A stretch of DNA of 63,810 nt, the filler included, from Octopus bimaculoides (taxonomy: Eukaryota), in the NCBI RefSeq assembly GCF_001194135.2. It is 8 parts of 7 records of this genome, joined end to end, with 100 filler letters (N's around TTAATTAATTAA, not from the genome) between each part and the next. Parts side by side here need not be neighbours in the genome. Positions count along the whole stretch, not along the records: positions 1 to 11,244 come from NC_068994.1; 7 more parts are not named here. One strand, 5' to 3'. Position 1 is the stretch's first letter. Each line of letters opens with the position of its first letter. Below are positions 1-10,294 of the stretch, one piece after another. The position numbers were made by a program, and so were the translations under genes. Below the pieces are notes generated by a model, which was given only the letters and a program-made list of their open reading frames with translations, was not told where the DNA came from and did no database searches.

Positions 1-24
1 TATATATATATATATATATATATC
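1..24. repeat. (TA)n microsatellite at the 3' tail of the inverted PLE copy
   Basis: Direct reading of the sequence. Confidence 0.95.
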
Positions 25-925
25 GTCGGTAAACATAAATCCGAAAGCAGAAGCTCACTCTAAGTTATAGAGCAGTGTATATTAAAGTTAGGTAAGGCCG
101 GTTTATGCGATTACCTTAAGTTTTACATCCATAAAGAGCCTGGCTTTATGGCGTATCATCCGATCCCAAAACCTGTTGGCTAAAGGCTTCTCTAGTGAGT
201 GGCTTCTCAAGAATATGAAGGAGGAAATATCAACAAAGGAAATTGTCTTCCTTTGGCTATCGATCGACGATTTCAACAAAGAGGGTTGTGTCCCTTTGCC
301 TATCGATCACCGGTGGCCCTGCTGTCTCACGGGTTCCAGTAGGCTAGCAGGAATTTCCTGAAATGCAAGCACAGTCCAAAGACCTCTTTTCTGGCGTTCA
401 GGATGTTCCCTGGGTCGAGCGTGTTCTTTAGGATCCTCGCTCGTTCCTCTATGCATAATTTACAGCGGTTGGTCCCGTTAATTCTTTAGGATTCTCCATG
501 ATATTGTGTATGGAATACTGTCGTCTATTAGCTGCCATACGTGGCTGACTAATGACGTAACGAATCTCCTCTCCAGTATCCTGAAGGAGGATCTGTGGCT
601 GGAGCGGCGTTGTTTGAACGAATTCCCAAAACAGCCGATGTATCTCTGTGGTCGTGTGTTGGCAGAGGTGTGTCTGTTGGTGTTGGCGTCACTGCCGCCA
701 CTGCTGCTGTTCGCGTTTCTGCTGCTGATACTACTGGTACTGCTATTATTGGACGTGATCCTCTTACTAACACTCTTCACCAGGTTTTTGAACATGATGG
801 TTGGGTGACAGGAGGGTGTATTGATGTACTTTAGCCTCTCGTTCGGCTTGCGATAAGGCTTGTATCTACCGGAGCCCAAGTCGAGCGTGACGTCTAAGAA
901 GTCTGCGTTGGTGAGTTTTGTCTCA
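25..925 (-). mobile_element. Penelope-like element, inverted and internally deleted 3' copy (RT C-terminus, GIY-YIG C-half, 3' UTR)
   Basis: ORF 478-1008(-) has ETKLTNADFLDVTLDL..YKPYRKPN (PLE RT end) joined to RYIGCFGNSFKQRRSSHRSSF..YTISWRIL; after a frameshift GTNRCKLCIEERARILK..LNARKEVFGLCLHFRKF, a typical PLE endonuclease C-terminus. Confidence 0.85.
100..173 (-). ncRNA. Degenerate minimal type I hammerhead ribozyme in PLE 3' UTR
   Basis: Minus strand GGTTTTGGGAT-CGGATGA-[CCATAAAG..CTTTATGG stem II]-AAAAC-TTAAG-GTA-ATCGCATAAACC; stem I arms largely pair; core changes U4G and G12A. Confidence 0.5.
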
Positions 926-3375
926 TCTATTTCAAAAGGGTTACTGGTCACGGCTCTTTCCTTCACTAGGGGCTTCACTGGCGTTAGCGAGAGGGATAAA
1001 GACATCATTTTGCACGCCAGGAAAGCAGTGCTGGCTCAAGCAATCCGATCCCGTGGGCTCCTTTGATGTAGTGAAGGAAGTCTACAGCAGCGCTGATGTA
1101 TGCAATCTCATTGAGTTGTATATCCTTGATACCCTTAAGAAAAAGTTCCCCTTTGTCCTCTTTGAGCTCTACAGAGATGGCGTCCTGGCCATCTCTAGAA
1201 GAGCTAACGGCCACACACTAGACAAACTTAGGAAAGAGCTAATTACCACACTTTCCTCACTGGGATTAAAAATCACCATTGAGACCACCCTCACCACCGC
1301 GGACATCCTAGACGTCACGCTCAACTTGGACTCCGGTACATACAGATCCAACCGCGAGCCAAACGAGAGACTAAATGGCATCAATACAGCTGCCTGTCAC
1401 ACACATCATCAATTTCAAAACCTGGTGAAGGGTGTTAGTAAGAAGAGCACGAACCTTTCCTCCATCCAAGAGATTTTTTATGCAGCAGCTCCCTGCTATA
1501 ACGAGGTCGTAGCTGCTAGCGGATTTAGGGATCACATATCCTAAATGCTGGGCCCCAACATCTGTAGAAGAAATATCATTTGGTTTGCATTCCACTTCCC
1601 GCTTAAAGTAAAAACGTCTGTAGGTAAGATATTCCCTAAGTTAATAGATAAACATTTCACTAGTTCACATAGATACGGACGCATTTTCAACAGACACAAC
1701 CTTAGAGCCATTTTTATCTGTGTCCCCAATATTAAGAGCATTCTATTTAGCGCTCCTAGACCACAAGGGGAAGCAGGATGTTCATGCAGGTACCGTAACA
1801 GATGTCCAGTGAGGGGCCAGTGATGGGCCACTGCGAAACTAAGGGAATCGTCTATAAAGCCGTGGTACTGGACGATCCTAGCAACAGCAACATCAGCAAC
1901 ACCCCTGACGGTGACCACAGATGTAGGGACATCCAATAGTAACAGCAGCAGAAACGCGAACAGAACCAGCAGCACCATCGCCAGCGATAACAACATCAAT
2001 GACAGCAATGGCAGTACTCCTGATGACAACAGCAACATCGTCAGCAGCTTCCCTTGCGGCTACGTCTACAGCAGCGGGCCCGAGATTTCCAAAAGTAGCA
2101 GCGGCAGTACCATCGTAGCAATAACATCAATAACAACGGCGACAATAATAGCAGCAGAGACATCACCAATGACATCTACAACAGCAATGACAGCATCTCC
2201 ATCAATAGCGGTAGCCATAACAACAATGGTACCTTTACCAACACCGGTATTGGCGGCAGCAACACCACCGCCATCTCCAATGACGCAAAAACCAATAGCG
2301 CCAGCACCAACAGTACCAGTCCCGGCAACAGCGGTGGTAGCGACGCCAACACCAACAGACACACCACTGCCACACACCGACCACAGAGATACATCGGCTG
2401 TTTTTGGAAATTCGTTAAAACAACGCCGCTCCAGCCACAGATCTTCCTTCAGGATACTGGAAAGGAGATTCGTCACATCATTAGCTAGCCACGTATGGCA
2501 GCTAATAGACGACGGTATTCCAGCATTTGCAACGGCGGCGGCAGTTACGCCCGCAAAGCGTAAAACAACGGCGGCAGCTACGGCAGTAATAGTAACAATT
2601 ACAACAGTAACAACAACACCAGCAATGCGGCCGGCAGTGGTAGCAACAGTAGCGGCAACTGCAGCACCAGCATCGCGCTCAGCAATGAAAGCAGCAGCGA
2701 CAACAGTAGCGGCACTGCCAGCAATGAATCCGCCAGTGACAACAGCACCGGCTGCAATAACGACAGCAGCAACAACAGCTGTAACACCACCAGCACAAGA
2801 TCACTGGCACGGAAATATGTCGGTTCTATTAGCGGCCCGTTCAAGCATTATCTTAGCAATCACAGGTCCTCCTTTATGATACCTGTGAGACGCAACATCA
2901 GATTCCTGGCTAGCTACATATGGCGTTTAAAAGAGGAGGGTACACCATACATAGCTAAATAGAAGCTCCCTGAACAACCGGCACCGTAACGCAGAGGCAG
3001 GAAACGATGTAAGCTCTGCTTGGCCGAAAGAGCAAGAACCCTGAAAATCTCGCTTGACACGGAGACCTGTTTAAACTCCAAAGAAGAGATGTTTAGTCAG
3101 TGCCCTCATGAGAGGAAATTTAGAATTCTCCATTTACCGATTAGAAAAATGCCACTTCCTTCAGACGCCTTCGGCGGGGATCTAGGACATGATTGGAATC
3201 GGTCAGAGGGAAATAACTCAGCCTCGCCCAAGGTTCTGCCAATAGAGTTTCGTTCCGGAACTTTTTTTTACAAATTTAACTGGCTGTCGAGTCGCCTATA
3301 CAGTTAAGCGCATTATAGGTGCGAAACTAATGATCTCTCTCTGACCGAGCATAACAGACAACCTATTAAATATAC
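926..3375 (+). mobile_element. Penelope-like element, 5'-truncated decayed copy (RT + GIY-YIG)
   Basis: SISKGLLVTALSF..IILHARKAVL, YSSADVCNLIELYIL, YRDG (YRDD motif), DILDVTLNL, RNIIWF..VKTSVGKIF..IDKHF, CSCRYRNRCP, GIVYKAVV, RYIG, CKLCLAER..CPHERKF; stops and frameshifts throughout. Confidence 0.9.
3284..3335 (+). ncRNA. Degenerate hammerhead-like motif in PLE 3' UTR (core CUGUCGA)
   Basis: CTGTCGA-G-T-CGCCTATA-loop-TATAGGTG-C-GAAAC-TAAT-GATC; good stem II, weak stem I; lies ~160 nt after the endonuclease end, where PLE hammerheads are expected. Confidence 0.45.
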
Positions 3376-4344
3376 ATATAGTACGTGCGTGTGTGCGTGC
3401 ATGTGTGTGTGTGTGTGTTGATGGGTATGTGTGCATACTCAAAAATTACTCAGTATTGACAAAACGAAAATGCTTTCTTTTTATTTACACATGTATAAAT
3501 ATTACTTTACAGTGAAGAAGTCCAGAGGCATATCGATTATCACTTTAAAATAGTTGCCATAGCCTTGCTCGGATCGACACCCCATCCGCTACTACTAGTG
3601 AGTGATATGAGTAGATGGCCACTAGAAAAACTTGTCGAGTTGACTATACCTGTAACCCAAACTGTTAGCTTTGTCATATACTCTCACGCTGGTTCTGACT
3701 GAGAATTAGGTGAAGGATACCGAGGAATACTCGGTCGCTCACTTGGTGATTTAATAACAATGCAACTGATCGAGCAACTGGAATACAAATCGTTGAAAAT
3801 GACAAGGAGTTCACCTGAAATTAAATTATCGAAAACGTCTTTGTTTTTAAGACGGTAGTGTATATGATTTGAATGAAATTTAATTTCTATTTTTAGCAGA
3901 CAGAGCAACGATCTAGAGTGTTGTTTCGTAACTTGATTACATGAGTTTGCATTTGCGTGTGAGCATGCACGCACACATGTGAATTAATGATAGAACATTG
4001 ACTTTTTAATGTAAATTTATTCGAAATTAATGAATTTGCATAAGCAATAGTGACTCATTCAGTTTGACACCTGTAGACTATAAATGGCACTACCATTGTT
4101 ATTACTTTCTGAGAAAAAATATGGCAACGTTGGTTCACCGTTACACAGTCTTCGGGAAACAATAGCTGTAACCAAATGAAAATTTACGTCTCTATTCATA
4201 TGAACATCTACAGATGCCAACACAAACTCTGATACAAAACAGTTCGTTAAAACCACTGTAAATTATAATACAATTATAGTATTTAAAAGTCTGCAACAGG
4301 TTCACGAGACTAGTCACGTTGGCGGGCTATTTTTGTATAAAACG

Positions 4345-5130
4345 TTTCGAAATCGATATTATTACTACGGTGGACAGATGTGGTGGCTGTTTGTTGGTCA
4401 TGCATTTTCACAACTCGTGTCTTAGACAGAGCAGCAGTTCTGGGTCAAGCAATGCCCAAAAACTGGGCAGTTCGGCTGGTGGAAACTCTCTAGAGGTATG
4501 GTGACAGGCAAGAGCTCAGATATCCTTGGGGAAACTTTGAGCATCAACGAAAATCAACGGTTCTTCTGTTGTGGAGGATTTCTAACCGAAGCCCACGGAT
4601 AATTTCCAGAAATTCCAACCCGGCAGTGTTATCAAGGAGAATTGCAGGTTCGAGATAAATTCTATATGCATGTAAGTGCCGTTAACCGGACTTATCCGAG
4701 ATTGCGCAGAGTGATGAAACCATTTTGTACACACCACTCCAGTGGACGAGCATCACTGACTTGTAGAGTTATGTCGAATACCTGCTGTCACGTGTAGAAC
4801 ACATCCGGCAAACAGCTGTGAAGATCGTCTCACAGCCCTCATCACTTGAAAAAGAAAGAAAACGTAGAAAGGGAAGTGCTGCTCACGCAAATTTGCTGAG
4901 AACTGGATGAGAGTAGCGAGCATGGTCCGGGTGGTGGGACCTTCTGCGAGCATGCGTTTGTAGATTGGAGAGGATAAGTAGGGGAGGGGCATAAACCTTA
5001 CCTGTCCGGGTGACCGCGGCTTAATGTTTCCGCGAGCAGCCATCGGAGGTCTCTCCACTTTTGGGAAGTTATTCAGTGCTTCAAATTTATTGTTTCTTTG
5101 TTTCCATTATTCCTCTTTTTACATGCTCCT
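4345..5130 (+). mobile_element. Tx1-type LINE 3' fragment, heavily decayed
   Basis: Nucleotide similarity to the reverse complement of 7616-7720; remnants DNFQK..RQCYQGELQVRDK, SYVEYLLSRV and ENWMRVASMVRV match ORF2 C-termini of other Tx1 copies in this window. Confidence 0.7.
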
Positions 5131-5275
5131 TTCTACAATCGCACGCTGCGTACGTGTGTATGTATGCATATATATTCATATACATATCGAATATATTTCT
5201 AAATAAACTTTTATGCATGTATATGTTTATTGAAATTTTTCAGATATCGATTACTAGAAATACAAACAACTCCTT

Positions 5276-5441
5276 CGACGAGCTTCCATGCAGTTTCTGC
5301 CAACCAAATATCATTCACAAGGTTTTGGTCGAACCGAGGTCGTTAGAGAAGATAATTCTCCAGAGTACCGTGTAGTGGGATCGAACACCAACATACTTAG
5401 TTGCAGAGGGACTGTCATAACCATACAGCCGTAACTGCACC
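5276..5441 (-). mobile_element. tRNA-derived SINE, family A (diverged)
   Basis: Reverse complement gives head with GTTCGATCCC B-box and the ..GACCAAAACCTTGTGA..GAAACTG..GAAG..CGTCG body seen at 63603-63770. Confidence 0.75.
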
Positions 5442-5939
5442 ATTATACATTTGCCCTGTTTATTCGACACGATTTCCTCAAATATAAAAGAAATAAAATG
5501 ATCTTACACATGCCAAGGAATCCCACAAAGACATTCCCAACACATCCAACAATGATTTCTAGCCTGTATCTATATGCGTAACACAATCTCCGCTTTCATA
5601 TCACTGCCTTTTCCTTGTGTCATTTTAGCAATGTTTACTCTTTCGTAAGCAACGTCCACTCTTGCAAAATGTCTACCCTTGCAAAAATTCATCCACAGAT
5701 GCTCAGTTAAGAAGAGTCTTCAAACCTGATGGAAATTAATCCTAGTACTGAAAAATAATAGTCTATGATCATATAAAGAATGGGCCTGAGCTCACAGGGC
5801 ATATCTGCATGCAGGAGAGGAGACATAGAGAACTTAGGAAGGAGTTCGCTACATTTATAGATGGCATTTATTCTTGTCTCGATCCAAGCCATGTCTAATT
5901 TAATAGAACCGCCTAATAGGATTTGTTGAGTCATTTTAG

Positions 5940-7018
5940 GTCAAGTTTTGTCGTTTCATGGCCTATTCAGGTAGGGTGTTGTTATTGATTGAGATGTATC
6001 CAGATATAGGTGAGTTATTTGGTATCCCTTGAAGAAATTTGTCCAGGTTTCATTCCAGGGTGAAGGGATTTTTATTTTCATTGATTTGTTTTGGGTTTGG
6101 GATAATGTTAAATAGATCAGGGCCTGTAGAGGAAAAGAAATTGTTGCAGTGAATTTATGTGTTATGAACCTGAATTGTGCATGGGGTGCGTGGAACATGG
6201 CTCCAGCCTTGGATGAATTCTGAATCTGATGTTAAAGTTGTTTGAGCAATGCAGCGATATGTTCTCCACGTTGTACAAATGATGTAGTGCTCACGGCGAC
6301 ACTGGAAAGAATAAAGATTCAATGTTTTAAGGCGGTCCCAACATTCAAGATTAATCGTGCTTTTATTTTTTAGTGAATGCTTTATGTGGGGACTCAATTC
6401 CCGTAATGTTTTGTTTGGTGTGAGGAGCTCACAGGGCGCCTGCAGTATTCTAAGTGTGGCCGTGCAAAGGAGGAGAAGAGAGGAATGATGAGAGTGTTGA
6501 GGATCTAGAAGCTCATCTTACGAGCCATATCGACTTTATTCTTGATGTGGGCATTCCAGCTGACATTGTAATCAACAATCACTCCTAAGTCCCTGATATT
6601 ATTGGATGCTGTGAGTAGTTCCCCTGAAGGAGGAGAATATGGTTGTTTGAGCGCAGTCTTTTTTCCCTAAGTACATGAGTTCAAAACTTCTTTCATTTAA
6701 CTGCACGTTATTCTTGTCTGCCCATTGACTTACAACATGTAGATCAGACTGGAGTTCGGTTCATTCTTCTTCTCCATTTATGATTTTCTGGAATTTTTTT
6801 TTATTTTGCCAATGTTTTTTTTTTTTTTTGCTATGGTTGATGACGCTTTGGATGTTGTTTATACAGACTATAAAGAGAAACGGACTCAAAACAGTTACCT
6901 GGGGGACACCACTGGTGACTTTGCTGGGATTGAGTGAATTCCTATTCATTCGCACCATTAGAAATAAATACTGGAAAGTTTGGTTTCCCCATGGTTTTCC
7001 TGTAGTAGTTCCTTTCAC
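5940..7018 (-). mobile_element. CR1/L2-type LINE RT 3' half, decayed
   Basis: SGVPQVTVLSPFLFIVCINNI, LQSDL..QWAD, DLGVIVD, RPHLEYC, WDRLKTLNLYSFQCRRE and NLDKFLQGIP remnants in order; truncated by the gap at 7019. Confidence 0.85.
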
Positions 7019-7615
7019 NNNNNNNNNNNNNNNNNNNNNNNNNNNNNNNNNNNNNNNNNNNNNNNNNNNNNNNNNNNNNNNNNNNNNNNNNNNNNNNNNN
7101 NNNNNNNNNNNNNNNNNNNNNNNNNNNNNNNNNNNNNNNNNNNNNNNNNNNNNNNNNNNNNNNNNNNNNNNNNNNNNNNNNNNNNNNNNNNNNNNNNNNN
7201 NNNNNNNNNNNNNNNNNNNNNNNNNNNNNNNNNNNNNNNNNNNNNNNNNNNNNNNNNNNNNNNNNNNNNNNNNNNNNNNNNNNNNNNNNNNNNNNNNNNN
7301 NNNNNNNNNNNNNNNNNNNNNNNNNNNNNNNNNNNNNNNNNNNNNNNNNNNNNNNNNNNNNNNNNNNNNNNNNNNNNNNNNNNNNNNNNNNNNNNNNNNN
7401 NNNNNNNNNNNNNNNNNNNNNNNNNNNNNNNNNNNNNNNNNNNNNNNNNNNNNNNNNNNNNNNNNNNNNNNNNNNNNNNNNNNNNNNNNNNNNNNNNNNN
7501 NNNNNNNNNNNNNNNNNNNNNNNNNNNNNNNNNNNNNNNNNNNNNNNNNNNNNNNNNNNNNNNNNNNNNNNNNNNNNNNNNNNNNNNNNNNNNNNNNNNN
7601 NNNNNNNNNNNNNNN

Positions 7616-10235
7616 CACCTAGCCTTGGTCTCTGTTTGATCCATAACTGCAGTTCGGCCAAAAAGACGAGCTGCGGGAAAGCCACGTCTCAGAAACGGCG
7701 ACCACACCTGTTCACCGTCGCCTATGAAGCGCCGGAGATATCTCAGTCTCAGCGCATGTCTGCGCATCATCAACCACGGCATGCCCAGCTCTCCATTTAT
7801 CGGTTGTTGACAGCAAATGGATCGCCTGACCATCGAAACACTTCCCTTCCAAACAAAGCGGAAAAGCATGCGTTCCAGTTCGGTGATCGTAGTGTCGGGA
7901 CAAGGTACGATGGTTAGGCGGCAATAAATAATGGATGCGATGTACGTGTTCGCCACCTCTGCCTGACCTTTTAGAGATAGCTTTTTCTCGGCCCATTGCT
8001 GGGTGAGAGTGGCCACACTACTCGTTATCTTGTCCCGGTTCTTCTCCATTTAGAGGCCCGGTCCGAACCAGATCCCGAGCAATTTAACCGGTCCGTCGGT
8101 CCAGTGTCCCACGATGAAGACGCTGTTAGACGGCATGGGCCTACCTTTCCAAGTGCCTAGCCACAAGCCCACTGACTTTTTCGAGTTAATTTTCGCTCCC
8201 GTTACTGCTTCGTATTCTTTTAGTGTCTCGCCAGCCAGGTTGATATTCTTGTGGTTCGACACTATGACGGTGATGTCGTCCGCGTATGCAGACACGCCCA
8301 TCCCGCATCCCAGTTCTCTCGAAATGCCCCTCAGCGTCGCCAGCTTCCGCAGTAGTGACTCAAGTGTTAATACGTACAGAAACGACGAGTGGGCGCTTCC
8401 TTGACGGACCGAACGCCTGATGTTAAATGGTCTGGATAGATGACCATTTACGTGAACTACTGAACGGATGCCGTTGTATGAGGCAACGATCCAGCCGTGG
8501 AAGACGGGGCCGAAACCAGCCGCTCTAATGACAGCCTCCAAGTAGCGATGGTCGACCCTATCGAAAGCTTTCCATTGATCCAAATTGATCAGCGCCCCAC
8601 CCATGCCAGGTTCTTTAACTACCCTGTCAATGATATAGCGCATCAGATGGAGGTTGTCATGGATACTCCTGCCCGGCCCGCGCATGTTTGCGCTTTGTCG
8701 ACCAGTTTCTCGACGACAAGAACCAACCTCTCGGCTAGCACCTTACCCCAAAATCTTAAAATCTGCATTGAGCAGAGTGATGGGTCTGAAGTTATCTATG
8801 ACGTTCCCATTGTTTGAATATTTCTTTAGCAGTAACTCCGCTCTTTGACTCACAAATTTGGGGATACTCCCGTTTTGCTGCCAGCTGCAGTAATCTGCAG
8901 CCGAAACGCCTCCAAACAAGTCTGGCATATGACAATAGAGTTTGTAGGGCAGTCCATCTAAACTTGGCGACCTGTCTCCTGCGCAGCCTGCCATCGCAAT
9001 CCGAACGTCCGCTGCTGTGATGGTCTTTCACTTCACTCCGCCGAGTCGTGGCAGGCCATGCAGGTAGGTACTAAAGTCCACTCTGCGTTCTGATCCACCA
9101 GTTGTCCCGAACACTGGGGCAAAGTGTTGTTGAAAGTGTTGTTGAACAGTGGGGCAAAGTGTTGTTGAACAATGGGGCAAAGTGTTGTTGAAAGGCCTCA
9201 CACATCCTTTTGGGCTCATGTCCACATTAGCACATTCGGTTGGTCCAGTCGGTACCTGTCAGACAGTTGTAAACGCCTGAGCAGGTATTTAAGGCATTTA
9301 CATCCCCTCCTATTATTATCTCTTCCCAAGTAGTCTAGATGCGTGTCCAAGGTAGTGTTCCAATCCCCCACTAAAAGTAAAGGTCAAGACGTTCCAAGAA
9401 AAACCTCTAGGCGTCGAAAAACATCTGGCCGACCTGTTAAGGACGGTGCATAAACCGTCCTTAACGGTGCAATCCACGATTGCAGTTCGGTCAAAGAGAC
9501 GAGCTGCGGGAAAGTGCACCTCACAAACGGTGACCACACCTGTTCACCGTCGTCTATGAAGAGCCGGAGATGTCACCGTCTCAGCGCATGTCTGTGCATC
9601 ATTAACCACGGTTATCAGTCGAAAAACGCACCCATTACTGCCATCGACATCCAAGACGCCCAACCTACCCTTCGGGTCTAGGAAAATTGCTCTTGCTCTG
9701 AGGTCCAGATTCTTCCGAAGAAGCATTGTGGTCCTACCTCCGCCCATTCTCGGCAGACACGGAGAAAAATAAATGTCAAAATGTCCGCCGAACATGTGCT
9801 AGAGGGCCCGCGGGTTGTGGAGTCTGGTCTCGCTGATGGCTATGATATGCACATTCTGTGATTTGACGTAATTTAACAGGTTGTTTTGTTTCCAAGGCGA
9901 CCCCAAGCCACGTACATTTATACTACCCATTTTGAGCATGTTCCTATCGAAAGTTGTGTTTTACTCACGAAAGGAAGACGAAAGAGAATGAGGGAGAGAG
10001 AGTCACTTACTGTCCGAAAGTTGTTTGTCCTTCACCTCACAGACTTCTCCCAGAAGGTTTTTGTACAGTTTTTTAGAGAGGTATTTTTGAAATCTCCCTA
10101 CTGCACACGGGTAGAGAGATTTCAGTATGTTGTTATGTGTGTGATTTTAAGGTGTTGTGGTGGTATTGTGCGTGGGAGATTATGTGTTTTGGTATAGTTT
10201 TCTGTTATGTTGGTGTTTGACCTAATGTATTCCAT
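7616..10235 (-). mobile_element. Tx1-type (L1 clade) LINE, rearranged: ORF1 tail, APE, RT, post-RT
   Basis: ORF2 starts at 9939: MLKMGSINVRGLG..IAISETRL; VYAPS, VGDWNTTLD, MWTW; RT motifs DGLPYKLY, NFRPITLLNADFKIL, LDQWKAFDRVDH, SVRQG, AYADDITV; internal deletion and insertion. Confidence 0.9.

Positions 10236-10293
<58 letters not shown>
10236..10293. repeat. (GATA)n/(TATC)n between two same-strand Tx1 pieces
   Basis: Direct reading. Confidence 0.95.

Positions 10294-10294
<1 letters not shown>

Noticed and set aside
1911-2879. 322-aa Thr/Ala/Pro-rich ORF resembling a mucin
   Set aside because: It is the T-poor PLE spacer with part of the GIY-YIG domain in frame; openness is compositional.
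4753-5058. 101-aa minus-strand ORF
   Set aside because: Antisense to a decayed Tx1 3' fragment on the plus strand.
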